Source of the DNA: the human T2T-CHM13v2.0 reference genome, Homo sapiens
Direction: 5' to 3' (one strand)
DNA length: 64,000 bases
NCBI RefSeq assembly: GCF_009914755.1
Contig: NC_060942.1
In this document: one piece after another, positions 36,348 to 49,802 of the stretch
How the letters are laid out: each line of letters starts with the position of its first letter
Position numbering within the stretch: position 1 is the first letter of the stretch
Notes under the pieces: generated by a model
The model's input: the letters and a program-made list of their open reading frames with translations, nothing else
What the model was told of the DNA's origin: nothing
The model's database searches: none
Program-made: the position numbers and the translations under genes

Positions 36348-38792
36348 GAGGTCTGGGTGCCGAGGTCTGTGTGCTGAGAGGTCTGGGTGCTGAGGTCTGT
36401 GTGCTGAGAGGTCTGGGTGCTGAGGTTTGGGTGCTGAGGTCTGTGTGCTGAGAGGACTGTGTGCAGAGGTCTGGGTGCTGAGAGGTCTGTGTGCTGAGAA
36501 GTTTGGGTGCTGAGTTCTGTGTGCGGAAGTCTGGGTGCTGAGAGGTCTGTGTGCTGAGAGGTCTGGGTGCTGAGGTCTCGGTGCCGAGGTCTGTGTGCTG
36601 AGAAGTTTGGGTGCTGAGGTCTGTGTGCTGAGAGGACCTTGTGCTGAGGTCTGTGTGCTGAGAGGACCTTGTGCCGAAGTCTGGGTGCTGAGAGGGCTGT
36701 CTGCTGAGAGGCCTGGGTGCTGAGAGGTCTGGCTGCTGAGAGGTCTGGGTGCTGAGATATCTGGCTGCTGAGAGGTCTGTGCTGAGAGGTCTGTGTGCTG
36801 AGAGTGTGGGTGCTGAGGTCTGGGTGCTGAGGTCTGTGTGCTGAGAGGTCTGTGTGCTGAGGTCTGGGTGCTGAGGTCTGGGTGCTGAGAGGTCTGGGTG
36901 CTGAGGTCTGGGTGCTGAGAGGTCTGTGTGCTGAGAGTGTGGGTGCTGAGGTGTGGGTGCTGAGAGGTCTGGGTGCTGAAAGGTCTGGGTGCTGAGAGGT
37001 CTGGGTATGAGGTCTGGGTGCTGAGAGGTCTGGGTATGAGGTCTGGGTGCTGAGAGGTCTGAGTGCTGAGAGGTCTGGGTGCTGAGGTCTGTGTGCTGAG
37101 AGGTCTGGGTGCTGAGGTCTGGGTGCTGAGAGGTCTGGGTATGAGGTCTGGGTGCTGAAAGTTCTGTGTTCTGAGAGGTCTGGGTGCTGAGGTCTGTGTT
37201 CTGAGAAGTTTGCATGCTGAGAGATCTGTGTGCTGAGGTCTGGGTGCTGAGAGGTCTGGGTGCTGAGGCCTGGGTGCTGAGAGGTCTGTGTTCTGAGGTC
37301 TGGGTGCTGAGGTCTGGGTGCTGAGAGGTCTGTGTGCTGAGAAGTCTGGGTGCTGAGAGGTCTGTGTGCTGAGAGGTCTGGGTGCTGAGAGGTCTGTATG
37401 CTGAGAGGACTGTGTGCTGAGAGGTCTGTGGGCTGAAGTCTGGGTGCTGAGAAGTCTGTGCTGAGAGGTCTGTGTGCTGAGAGATCTGGGTGCTGAGGTC
37501 TGGATGCTGAGAGGTCTGTGTGCTGAGAGGACTGTGTGCCGAGGTCTGGGTGCTGAGGTCTGGGTGCTGAGAGGTCTGGGTGCTGAGAGGTCTGTGTGCT
37601 GAGAGGTCTGTGTTCTGAGGTCTGGGTGCTGAGAGGTCTGTGTTCTGAGAGGTCTGTGTTCTGAGGTCTGGGTGCTGAGAGGTCTGTGTTCTGAGGTCTG
37701 GGTGCTGAGAGGTCGGTATGCTGAGAGGACTGTGTGCTGAGAGGTCTGTGGGCTGAAGTCTGCGTGCTGAGAAGTCTGTGCTGAGAGGTCTGGATGCTGA
37801 GAGGTCTGTGTGCTGAGAGGTCTGTGTGCTGAGAGATCTGTGTGATGAGAGGTCTGTGTGCTGAGAGTGTGGGTGCTGAGGTCTGGGTGCTGAGGTCTGT
37901 GTGCTGAGAGGTCTGTGTGCTGAGGTCTGGGTGCTGAGGTCTGGGTGCTGAGAGGTCTGGGTGCTGAGGTCTGGGTGCTGAGAGGTCTGGGTGCTGAGAG
38001 GTCTGGGTGCTGAGAGTGTGGGTGCTGAGGTCTGGGTGCTGAGGTCTGTGTGCTGAGAGGTCTGGGTGCTGAGGTCTGGGTGCTGAAGTCTGGGTGCTGA
38101 GAGGTCTGTTTTGTGAGAGGTCTGGATGCCGAGGTCTCTGTGCTGAGAGGTCTGGTTGCTGAGGTCTGGGTGCTGAGAGGTCTGTGTGCTGAGAGGTCTG
38201 TTTTCTGAGAGGTCTGGGTGCTGAGGTCTGGGTGCTGAGAGGTCTGGGTGCTGAGAGGTCTGGGTGCTGAGAAGTCTGTGTGCTGAGAGGTCTGGGTACT
38301 GTGGTCTGGGTGCTGAGGTCTGTGTTCTGAGAGGTCTGTATGCTGAGAGGTCTAGGTGCTGAGGTCTGTGTGTCTGTGTGCTGAGAGGTCTGTGTGCTGA
38401 GAGTGTGGGTGCTGAGGTGTGGGTGCTGAGGTCTGTGTGCTGAGAGGTCCGTGTGCTGAGAGGTCTGTTTTCCGAGAGGTCTGGGTGCTGAGGTCTGGGT
38501 GCTGAGAGGTCTGTGTTCTCAGAGATTTGGGTGCTAAGAGGCCTGGGTGCTGAGAGGTCTGTGTGCTGAGAGGTCTGTGTGCTGAGAGGTCTGGGTGCCG
38601 AGGTCTGGGTGCTGAGAGGTCTGGGTGCTGAGGCCTGGGTGCTGAGAGGTCTGGGTGCTGAGGTCTGGGTGCTGAGAGGTCTGTGTGCTGAGAGGTCTGT
38701 GTGCCGAGGTCTGGGTACCGAGGTCTGGGTGCTGAGAGGTCTGGGTGCTGAGAGATCTGGGTGCTGAGAGATCTGGGTGACTAGACCTGGGT
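36348..38792. repeat. Complex 14/16-bp VNTR (GA)GAGGTCTG(G/T)GTGCT, about 2.4 kb, roughly 160 units
   Basis: Continuous GAGGTCTGGGTGCT / GAGAGGTCTGTGTGCT mosaic. Confidence 0.97.
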
Positions 38793-38934
38793 GTGGATCT
38801 TCCTGCCCCTGTCTTAGACTTCCTGCCCCATCCGTCCTGTCCCACTAACCTGACAAGGCCTGGGCAGAAGTGTGTGTCCTTGTGGGTCAACCTATGTTAC
38901 CATGAGGAGGCAAGAGAAGGCAAAAGCTTGCCAG

Positions 38935-39177
38935 CATGTGTCATGTCTGGGGAAGAAGTGAGCTCAGCATGTGTCATGTCTGGGGAAGGAGTGAGCTCAG
39001 CGTGTGTCGTGTCTTGGGGGGGGGACCGTGAGCCCGGCGTTGTGTCGTGTCTGGGGGGGGGATCGTGAGCCCGGCGTGTGTCGTGTCTGGGGGGGGACCG
39101 TGAGCTCGTCGTGTGTCGTGTCTGGGAGGGACCGTGAGCTCAGTGTGTGTCGTGTCTGGGGGGGGACCGTGAGCTCC
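38935..39177. repeat. About 33-bp minisatellite with G-tracts, about 7 copies
   Basis: GTGTGTCGTGTCTGGGGGGGGACCGTGAGC repeats; the first two copies are CpG-decayed. Confidence 0.88.
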
Positions 39178-39853
39178 GGGCCCTGGGCCTGGGGGTTTGT
39201 GTTGCCAGAGGGTGACATTCACGGAGAAGGGGCTGTGACTGTGTCTGAATGGGCATAGCTGAGTGTTGCCCTGAAAAAGTCTCCCTGCGTTTTCCGATGG
39301 CCACACCAGGAGGCAGAGCACCCCACCAGGTGGGGGTCGGGCACCCCTCCCCTCGGCACCGGCCTCCCTGGACTGCGTGGAGACCCCTCCACCCCTCGGG
39401 GCAGAGCACCCACCGTCAGCACCGCAGAGCCCCTGCCTACCTGGGGGACACTCATTGAAGGGCACAGCAAGAAGCTGAACTGACCCAAGCCTGCGGCCCG
39501 AGTGCCAATCTGACTTAAATACAGGTTTGGAAGTCGGCTGCTGCCTGCAGTCTGGGTGTCTGGCGGCCAGGCTGCCTTCCCCCGTCGTCCCCATGAGGTC
39601 CAGGTCCTGATCGTGCTTCCAAAAGGTGCTGGAGTGTTTGGCTGTCCTCGGTCGAATATCCAGGAGGGAAAATTCATTTGTGTCACGTTAGAGAATAGGA
39701 GAAGTTTGGGCTGCCCCAGCTACAGAAGTCACCCCAGGAACACCAGCCCTAACCCTTACTGTGGACCCCAAAACCCCAGATCCTCTCAGGGACAACCCTG
39801 GGCTCCGTGGCACCCAGCCCTTCACACTCCTGGCACGCACCCCTAAATTGCTT

Positions 39854-40020
39854 GTCCAGTTAAGAAGCAGTCGCCCTCCGCGTGGGGCCTGGTGACCCGT
39901 GTCCGAGCGTCCGGTTAAGAAGCAGTCGCCCTCCGCGTGGGGCCTGGTGACCCGTGTCCAAGCGTCCGGTTAAGAAGCAGTCGCCCTCTGCATGGGGCCT
40001 GGTGACCCGTGTCCGAGCGT
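39854..40020. repeat. 55-bp tandem repeat, 3 copies
   Basis: GTTAAGAAGCAGTCGCCCTC at 39859, 39914 and 39969. Confidence 0.92.
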
Positions 40021-42446
40021 TGCAGCTGCTGCTGACTGACCGAAGGTCTTTTTCGGAAGCGATTCAGTTGTGTGGGTGAAGAGCCAAGAAAAGGTGGTTC
40101 TCACTCCTGTCCTAAGAGAATATTTCAAAGCATGAGAATTGGCGTGTTGGTGACGTAACAAAACCGGAAGCCAGGGTGCTTCCAAGCGTCCAGCTGGGGG
40201 CTGGTGAAGGACGTCACCTTTTGTCCACTTGATTGATGGGATGTGAGAACCGTAAAATGATGGTGATTCCCGTGAGAAGATGCTCAGCCTCACTTTAATT
40301 AAATAAATACATGCTGAATCCCAGACAGTGCAAGTCCCAGCCCAGCTCAAGCCTCAGACGAGCCAAATCACTGGCTGACCATCCCAGGCCAGCTGCTGAG
40401 GGACGGCAGTGGGACCGTAACTCAGTGCTCCCTGGAGAGCACGTGGGTGCGAGCGCTTCAGTGCTGTTTGTCAGGACACGAGTTCTTGAGAACTAGGAGT
40501 CGGTGTTACTGACAGAATGTGAGCTCTCTGATGGGATGTGTGCGGGAGGCTGAGTCCAGCCACCACACGGGTCGGCTTCCACAGGGTTTCCCGCACGCAC
40601 TGTGCTGTCCCAGGTGCAGGGGTGGGGATGCAGGAGCCGTGAGCACCCCTACACACAGCCCTGCAGACACTGGGGAGACCCCGAGCCAGAGTCCAGCTGG
40701 GACAGCCTCCCGGGTCTCCTGGATACCTCGGAGAATGAGGGAAGCCCAGGGTGCTGGTTGCTTTCAGTGCCCGCCCCGCGCTGAGTCTCCTGCCCCTGGG
40801 CTGCGACCTGCACAGGGGCAGTAGCTCCCTGTGGGGAGGGCTCGGCTCAGGGACCACGGAAACGCCTGGTCTGCTGCACACGGCGGGTGCGGAAGAAATA
40901 GGAAGCCTCAGTTATGTATGAGCAGGACATGCCCGTGCGTCCCCAGCAGTGCTCAGGACCTGAGAACCCGGCTTTGTCAGTGTGTGCTTGGCTCTGGGCT
41001 GCCTGGACTGGGAGCAGTTGTTGAGTCTGAGCCCACAGGGGACGCACTGGCCCACAGATGTGCTGGGACGGCCCTGGGGACCGGAAGGTGGACACCTGGA
41101 CCCGCCCTGTGCTGTCCAAGCAGGCTCTGTCCTCTGCCTTCTCACGTGGGATCGTTCACTCCATTGCTGGGCCTTTCCCAGGAGAGAAAATCCGTTCTAT
41201 CCCAAACCCACAGCATCTTCGTGGCCAGGCGTTAGGGTGATTTGCTCAACTGTTTATCTTGCCTGTGGCCACAGAGGTTACAAACCAAATCCTAAACATC
41301 TGTGGCCCCCAAAGTTATCCTGGATTCTCTGACCCTCAAAAAGTACATTCTAAACCCAAACACACCCACTGCACCCCCAACCTCGCCATCTTTCCTAGGA
41401 GAGGTCACCAGTGGTCACGACCTGCAGACACCTCAGCCGCCGCCACCACCACGCGGGACGGCCCGCAGCCGTGGCATGGATGTTTTAATCCAGGCTGTAG
41501 GGACACACACGGGTCTGAGGTCAGAGCTGGAGTGGGAGTTGCCACCCGTTCCCAGCTGGTGGAGGCTCAGCCAGGCAGGACCTCCCACCTCTGGGCCCCC
41601 AGCCACCTGGGGGTGGGCACCGCTCGTGCTCCCCATTGCCCTCATGGGACCTCCAGTGAGTCTGTGGCCTTCGGGAGTTTAGGCTGTGGACAGCTACTGG
41701 AGGAGGCCGAGCGACCTCTCTTCTCCCCACCGTCTGCTCCCAGACGAAGCCCCCCACGTCGAAGGCGCCCTGTGAACATACAGACGGGATCACGAGCTTC
41801 AGCTGCCGTGGGCCCTAATGGCTGCGGAATAATCGGCAGGGAGCGGTGTCTTCTGTCGTCTCTGACAGCGACAGGGCTTGATGATTGCAATGACGTGGTG
41901 TGGTTTTGGGGTCCCGTGGGCTCTCCATGGTCAGGATTGCACCAGTGTTGGCTTCCTGCTGGTGGATGTGGCCTGGTGACGCCCACCGTGAGGATCCAGA
42001 GGCTTTGGAGGGATGGGTGGTGGCAGTTTCCGTGCCCCCAGAGCTGCGCGCTCCCTCTGCGCTGGGCGGCTGCTGTGTGGCCTGGATGGTGTGAGCACCC
42101 ACGGGCTGGCTGGAGGCCAGGACAGACTGTGCATCTGCTCACTGGAGACCTGCCCGCTGTTGGAGGTTTCTGGCTGGAGGTTGTTTTTCAAAATCCATTG
42201 CTTCCTTGTACATTCAGGCTGATTTTTGGCTCTGTGAATTGATTTTTTCTTTTAAACTCACATGATTAAATTGAGACCAGTATAATTAGTTATAGATTTC
42301 ATGACTGGGATTTGAAGCATTGAATTCACTGAGAACATTTTTGCAACAGCTTTAAAAGCTGGTAGCCAAGTTTCTTCTGCACGTGGGCAGACGTCACAGA
42401 CACCGAGTTGTGTCAGCTCACAGAGCGAGTTTTGTGGATGCCGAGT

Positions 42447-42790
42447 TGTGTTGATCAGGGTTCTCCAGAGGTGCAGGATGAAAGGGTGTGGCTGATTGGC
42501 AGGCGTCAGCTCACCCGGTCCTGGAGGCTGGAGGCCCCACGCTGCAGTCAGCACACCTGAGACCAGCAGAGCCTGGGTCTGAGTTCCAATCCAAAGACCA
42601 GCACCGAGAGACCAGAGCTGTGGTTTCCGTCGAGCCTGAGGCAGGAGGAAGGTCCTAGCCTGTGGCCAGGCAGGAGGAGTCCCTTGCACTGGGGAGGGTC
42701 AGCCTTCGTGTCAGGCACAGGCCTCCGGGGTCCGCCGTGAGGGTGTTCTGTCCACCTGCACCTGCGTGAGGCTAAGCCTTATGAGCTGAC
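42447..42790 (-). mobile_element. MLT2-like LTR relic
   Basis: TGTGTTGATCAGGGTTCTCCAGAG start; CACTGGGGAGGG..CAGCC. Confidence 0.5.
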
Positions 42791-43785
42791 AAATCGCACC
42801 TCCCGCCTCCTGGCAGCGCAAAACGTGCTTGCGTCTGTCGCAGCCTGTCCTGTGGGGAACCCTTGGAGCCCTGACCGGCCTCATGGCAAGGATGGACATA
42901 GGGTGTGGACAGGACGTGGGGTGTGGCCTGTCCCTACAGCCGCAGGCAGAGTTGTCCTGGACCTGAGCACCAGCTGGCAGGTTCTGCGTTCAGAGCTGAT
43001 TTCTTCAGAAAGAGCAGGCAGTGGGGCTCCTAGGGCAGCTGCTCTGGGCCATGGCCCCTTCCCATCCATGTGGTATAACAAGGGCTGTATTAGGGCCACA
43101 ACAGATCCAAACTTGAGAATCTCGGGGGACGTCAGGCGGGGCTGACGTCTTGCGGCAGCAAGTCGAGTGGGCGGTGCAGGACCAGCCGGTGGCCCCCCGC
43201 GTCTGGGAGGCTCCCACACCACCAGTCTCCACCCAGGGGCAGTAGAGGGAGGGGAAGGCGGCCCCCTATGACGCCTTGGCAGAGCCTCTGCGTCCGTCTG
43301 CGTCCCGTTGGCCTGGACGTCTGCGGTGCAGAGGGGCCGGCATCACATCCTAACCCAGAGGCCACAGGCCTGAGCAAAGCTGCGGCTGCTCTTTACCAGG
43401 GAGGCAGGTGCCAGTCAGCAGCGTCTGCCACTGCGACATTGGCAGCAAATTCCTGCCAGCACCGAGTGAGGACCCGCAGCAGATGTGTCACCAGGGCCAG
43501 CTGCTCTGGGGCCGCACAATGCCACCGGACCAAGCTCTGGGAGGCGGGCAGGGCCCAGTGATGGCAACGCTCCTGCACGTGCGGCCGGCCGCACACCCCT
43601 CAGCCCTTGGCACCCCTGTGGAGGGATCAGAGACCCTGCAGAGGCTCGTGGAGGCCTGCAAACGGCAGGGCCTGGAAACTCCATGGGCAGGGGAGGAAGA
43701 TAACAGGCTGCATTCTCTGCTCTGCTTCCTGCACAGATTTGATGGGGAAAACATCGAAGATTTGTGTTTTGGATTTTCACTTTAG

Positions 43786-44145
<360 letters not shown>

Positions 44146-44199
44146 AATTCTTTTTCCATAAAATCCCTCCCAGGTCTCCGGTCTCTCTTCTTGCTGCAG

Positions 44200-44410
44200 T
44201 ACGAGGCGCAGTTGCGGGCTGGCTTAGTTCTCAGACTCTGAGTGTGACTGGCGCTCCCATCCAGCTCTGGCTCTGACAGCGGCAGGGCTTGAAACATTCT
44301 CTCCATTCTGAGCCTGTTTCCTCACCAAACAAATGCAGATTCTTCAAAGCTGTTGAGATTAAGTTGAATAATTTACGTGCCTTGCTTTGGACAGTGCTCA
44401 GCACACAGAA
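44200..44410 (+). mobile_element. MIR SINE relic
   Basis: CTGAGCCTGTTTCCTCA...GTTGAGATTAA...ACAGTGCTCAGCACACAG. Confidence 0.6.
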
Positions 44411-44599
44411 TCACACAGCGAGGTCTCTCTCCCCTTTTGCAAATGAGGGAAGCGAAGCCTCGTGTGGCCCCCTGTGTGGCGGCCGTGGGGAGGGTCTGTG
44501 GGGTGGGGACCGCCCCTCCGGGAGCCGGCGTGCGCTGTCCTCCTCTGATGACACAGCAGGAGTGGTCAGTGTGCAGAAATAGTGGGGAGGCTCACAAAA

Positions 44600-44807
44600 G
44601 GACCTGCTAGGAAGAAGCCAGGTAGCTCTGCCGGTTGGGCCTGGGGACAGGATGGGCGGCAGGGTGGGCCAGGGTGGTTTTGGAAAGACAGCACTCGGGC
44701 AGGAAAACAGGAATGAGAGTTCTTGCTTTGGGCCTCGGTCCCAGGCTTGAGGCCCTCTCGGGGGACCACCCTCTCCACCCAGCGTTTCTCGCCTCCTGTC
44801 CGTATCA
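44600..44807 (-). mobile_element. 5' fragment of a MER52/LTR1-family ERV1 LTR
   Basis: GGTTTTGGAAA...GGAAAACAGGAATG...CCAGGCTTGAGG...CCTCCTGTCCGTATCA terminus. Confidence 0.55.
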
Positions 44808-45101
44808 CTTGGGAGACTTCCCCTTTCTTCTTCGTGGACTTTGTTTTTTCCCAGGCTGTTGTTTTTCTCAGTTCTGTGCCCTGCAGGGGTCTCTGTGTGC
44901 TCCCCGCCTCCCCAGGCCTCCCCCACACTCCCGTTCCCTCTGTCACTCCCCGTGCTGGCCCACGGGTGCCGCTCCTGCCGCCCCCCCTCCCCCCCCCCCA
45001 GCCACCTCCTGTCAGTCTTCCCAGATCCTCTGCGTGGCCACCGGCCCCTCTGAGCACATCCAGCCTGCGCTTGGCCTGTATGCAGCTGTGAGGGGCGTCG
45101 G

Positions 45102-45213
45102 GGAGCCGGCCCTAGCTGTCCGGCCGTGAGCCCTGGACGGGAGCGTTTTCCTGGGAGCTGGCCCTAGCTGTCTGTTGGGGAGCCCTGGACGGGAGCGTTT
45201 TCCTGGGAGCCGG
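45102..45213. repeat. 52-bp tandem duplication
   Basis: GAGCCCTGGACGGGAGCGTTTTCCTGGGAGC twice. Confidence 0.85.
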
Positions 45214-46533
45214 CACACCCCATGTCCTCAGTGTCTGTTCGCGGCATCTGAACTTTGCGATTTGGAAAGCAGGAGTCTGGGAGGAAAGCAGGGGAGGCCA
45301 TGGAGCGGCCGCGGTTAGAGCTGGCAACAGTGTCCGCCTAGCTGCCTCACTGGGCCAGGAGGCGCCTGGGACTTGGCGGGGAGTGGATTTAGCCCAAAGA
45401 AGGCAGCAGCTGCGGTGTCCAGGTCCAGCCTGTGAGAGGCGCTGGCCTCGCTGCTGAGGGGACATCCTTGTCAGTGACATGCTCATGCTGAGGCCACTGA
45501 AGAGTCAGACACGTTTCGGGCCACTTCGGGCTTTGACGGGGTCATCCCGAGGACAGCTGCCTGCCCCAGAACCCAGTGGGAACAACTGATCCGGTTACAG
45601 CCTCAGGTCAAGCGTGGGGTCAAGAGGCCAGGCAGGCGCTGTCTCCTGACTGCCTCGGGAATCCTTGGCCCTCACATTCGGCCCTCACAGCGCCTCCCGC
45701 CTTTCCCCATCACAGGCTGAGGTAGGGATTCTGCTCCTGAACTGTGTTTTGTTGGCCGATTGAAGAAAAGCTGTACAGCCACCGCCATCAGCCACCTTCC
45801 TCTATGCCATCAGTCATAGAAAACTTAATAGAAAAACTATTCCAGTCACCCTAATAACAAAAATATGAAAGGCCTAGGAATAATCTCAGCAAGAGAGGTT
45901 CTGTGTCTATCAGGAGCAGCACCGTCACAGCGGAGGCGAAGAAAGGAGTGAACGGGGCACACCTGCCCCGAGGGGGGAGCCACTCCCCAAATTAACACAC
46001 ACACTTACTGCGCGTCAGTCAGAGTCCTAGTGGGTGTTTTGGACTCTCACAAAATAATCTTTAAAATCTAGAGAAATGTGTACGAAGATGTGACGGTGGA
46101 TTCTGGAGAACAAAGAGAAAAGTGCAAAGCGGGGGGCCCACCCCAGAATTGATTCTCTCCTACTGCATAAGCTTCCCCTTGGGTTCAGATGGCAGCCGTC
46201 TGTCTGCGGGTCATTCTGAGGCTGGGTTTGGGCTTGGCATGCTCTGTCCTTGCCGCATCAACTGGGGTCTCCAAGGTGGAAGCTGGTGCATCTCCGCTCC
46301 CTCCTCTCCAGGAGGCCGGCCCAGGCGCGGTGGTGGGAGAGCTTCCAGGGGCACCGGGTCCCTTTCCAGGGCTCTGCCACGGTCACGTGTGCTCCTGCCC
46401 CGTTGGCCAGCGCAGGCCAGGACTTCAGGCTTCCCTCTTCCCCATCGCCATTCCTTCCTGTGGTAGGAGTGGGGGTTCCTGGAGGGTGTCAGGAGAGGGG
46501 CGTCTCCAGGTATGTGACAGGCCCTGAGGAGAC

Positions 46534-47163
46534 TGATGAGGCTCAGAAAGCCACACCCCAGCGGGACAGCCTCTGCAGCAAAGCAGCTCCCCACCTTCTG
46601 CCCTGTGATCTCCCAGCCTCCATCTCACCCAGGGCTACCAGAGAAACTAGAATCTCTTCGCCAGGGTGGGTCATAGAAACCACAACCCCTTTTAAAGCTA
46701 GCCTGAGTTATCCCCCTAACTTCCCCACTCTTCTGTGTGAGGACTGGCCATGAGGAGATTGCCCTACGTTGTCTGATGGGGTCCTAAGACCCCCATTCCA
46801 GAGGGTCCTGCCCCATCATGGGAAGAAAGAGCACTGCCCAGAGCCCAAATCTGAACAGGCGGTCCTGGGGGCTCCTCTCAGTCCAACACCACGGAGCACA
46901 GGCGGCCCTGGGCGCTCCCCTTGGTCTAGCACCACCGAGCACACATTTCCATCTGCCAATCCCATTTCCACTCCAGCTTCACTGAACCTCCACATACAAA
47001 GAGATTGTTTCCCTAAATCTCAGGGTCTTCATGCCGAAGGCTCCTGTGTCAGTAAAACTCCCACTGTGAGTTTGTCATGTGTTTCTCCTGTCGGCCTTTG
47101 TTATGGGGTCGGCCGTGACCCTGACAATGGGGAAGAAAGAGATCACTCCCGTCCCACCCTACA
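46534..47163 (+). mobile_element. MER39-like (MER4 group, ERV1) solo LTR
   Basis: TGATGAGGCTCAGAAA...AGAAACTAGAATC...GGTCATAGAAACC...TAAGACCCCCATTCCAGAGGGTCCTGCCCCAT...CCCTACA. Confidence 0.65.
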
Positions 47164-49802
47164 CGGTGGCACCACAGACCTTCCCGCCCTACACGGCAGC
47201 ACCGCAGACCCTGGCACGGGGTTGGGGACAGCGGTCCTGAGTCGGGGAGGTGCAAGTCTGGCCAAGAGCAAGACTGTGGTGTTCACGGGGCCTCTGCCTG
47301 CTGGGGGGCCTGGGTCTCTGCTGCTGAACTTGCCCTGAGCCCCCATTAAGTGCAGAAAACCTTGAAGGGGGAGGCGGTTGTGAAGAGCAGTCGGACTGGC
47401 CTGCAGCCCACTCAGTGTCTGCCCCCGATCCCCAATGCCCAGCGCACTGATGCAGAGTTGGGATTGCTTCTTTCCTAAATCAAAATTCCTGTTGAGCCAG
47501 TAAGAACAGATTCTCCACTGCACCGATGTCCGGCACGCAGTCCCCAGGCGGGCACACTGCCCAGCAGCCCAGTGGCAGGAGCTCAGAGCTGACTTGCTTC
47601 TTGCCCAGGTCTGGGGTTGGTGCAGCGCCCGCAGCTCACGGGCCACAGCAGCGGAAGGTCTGCGGCATTTTGGACCTTGCTGTTGCCGGGGCAGTGGGTG
47701 TTGGCGCCACATCCAGGACCCATCTCCCGCCTGGTGCCGCTGCCATCACAGTGAAGCTGGACTGAAACCCACAGACAGGTCCAGCCCTGCCGGGCAGGCG
47801 TGATCAGGCTGACACTGCGGAAAAGCCCCACTAGGCAGGTATGATTGAGCTGGCGTCTCCGAAGGGCCCCAGCCAGGCAGGGATGATCGGGCTGGCGCTG
47901 TGGAAAGTTGCAAGCACACTGTGTGGGCACTTGGTGGGGCTGGGCTGGGTGCAGAGCACCTAATGGAGAGGAGTCACCTGCGGCGTGGCCACTGCTGTGG
48001 GCTGCAGTTCCCGGGAAACAGCAGTGGAAACCAGCGGCCCAGGGACAGGACAGGGGCTGCAGGTGCTGAGCCGTTGTTCGACCCAGTTGAATTCTAACTC
48101 GTGACTTGGAACGATTCTGTCCCGGGAAGGATGCCCTCTTCTGCATCCACAGGCAGTGGTGCCCTCTGCGAGCAGCTTGCTCACCTGTGTCTGTGACGCT
48201 GGTGCCCTGAGGGCAGGGCCAGCCCCCTCTCTCGGCACAGCTGGGTGAATCATCAACGACACCCTTGGCACCGTGAGCACTTGCACCTGCAGACCGCCTG
48301 GTCTCGCTCTTGGGCACCAGCCGTGCCAGGCCCGGGCCACCAACTCCGTGTCCTTCTTGCAGATGCCTCTCATGGTGTTTGGCACAGAACACCATGCTCA
48401 GAGGAAACCTCAGAATGTGCTGGGGTCAGGGGGCCCTGGGACGGCCAGGCTCATTTCAGCCAGGGGAGGGTGAGAGGACAGAATGCCGAGGGGAAGCTGT
48501 GCCGATTTTCTCCAGACACGAAGGCACAAAACGAGTTAACGCAGGGTGCGCAGGAAATCGAACTGACACGTCTGCTTCGGTGCAGATAATTCCAGGCGAG
48601 CACATTCTAGGCAAAGGCCTGTTGTGCTGTTTTGAAACAGTTTGTTCCCTTACATAGATTTAATATTCTGCTTTTCTGTCTTCATTTGACGCAAGAGGCC
48701 TTTTCTGTAGATGAGTGAAAAGAAAAAACCTCAATTCAGTTCAAAGTCAAACTGTTATGAATTCATAGTTAGTAAAATGAGTCAATAATTATTTTCTTTC
48801 AGGTACTTAGGGAGCGAAGGGTTAAAGTCTGCGGACAGAGTCGCTGCTGAGCAAATGACTGCTGGTGAGGCTGGGTCCCTCCAGCGGCTGGCTCCCGGCT
48901 CTCAGTGGCCGCGGCTGTTTGCCTGGTGGACAGGTTGGTGGAGGAGAGAAAGCTTCCAGGAGATACACAGGCAGCAGCCAAGGGATGCAGAAGGCTGAGG
49001 ATTTGACTACACACTAAATAGACCTCAGACCCCAACAGGAAAATCGCGAGCTGCGGGGTCCCTGCATGCTGAGCCCTCCCTCGCCGTTGGGGACAAGTGC
49101 ACCCAGCCTTCCCTGACCCCCTTGTTCTCACACCTCCGCCCCCCCCGAGAGTCACGGCACTCAGAATCAGCCTCGTTCCTGGCAGGCTGAAGCCGCAGAA
49201 TCTTCTGTGCTCTGAATTGAGAACAGAGGCCCAGGAGCACCCACACTTGGCATCTCTGGAGCCTCGGTCGGGGTGACAAGTGCAGCTGCAGCCGTGGTTA
49301 TTGGGGGAATGTGGCTCGGTCCTTCTGTTTACTGTCACTAGGGAATAAAAGGTTGATGCCAGGGCGGACACCATGTCAGCGGAGACCTCGCCTTCTGAGA
49401 AGGGCTCCCAGCCCACTTAGTTTTTCAAAGGCGGCTGGTCACGGTCCCTGTGCCTGCTCAGCCTGGCCCCACTCCATCCTCCACTGCCCTTGCCCACCGG
49501 GCTGCATGCCCATTCCGCCTGGCACCCAGGTTCCTGTGGCCACGTCCTGAGACTGTTGTCAGAACAGCTGTCCCCACACTGTCCGTCCCACGTTGCGGTT
49601 CCCGATGGCACCGGCGCTGCCGCGTGGTGTGAGCGTGCCAGGAAATGTGTAAATGCCTGGGAGGAAAAGCTGAACCCTCACTAGTCCCATTACACACAGA
49701 GCGCCACAGGAAGCGTTCTGAGACTGCCTTTCTGGTCTTTTCCTATTGACACACATTTTCTAGTTGAGACTTCAGTGTAGATCCTGCCTGGTGACTGGCT
49801 GC

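Noticed and set aside
36217-37215. 332-aa minus-strand repeat ORF (TQTSQHPDLS)
   Set aside because: Translation of the 14/16-bp VNTR.
41259-42242. 327-aa ORF, and similar 200-270 aa ORFs at 20432, 47583 and 55541
   Set aside because: Non-ATG or weak starts, Pro/Gly/Arg-biased composition typical of GC-rich non-coding DNA, and no domain or splice support.
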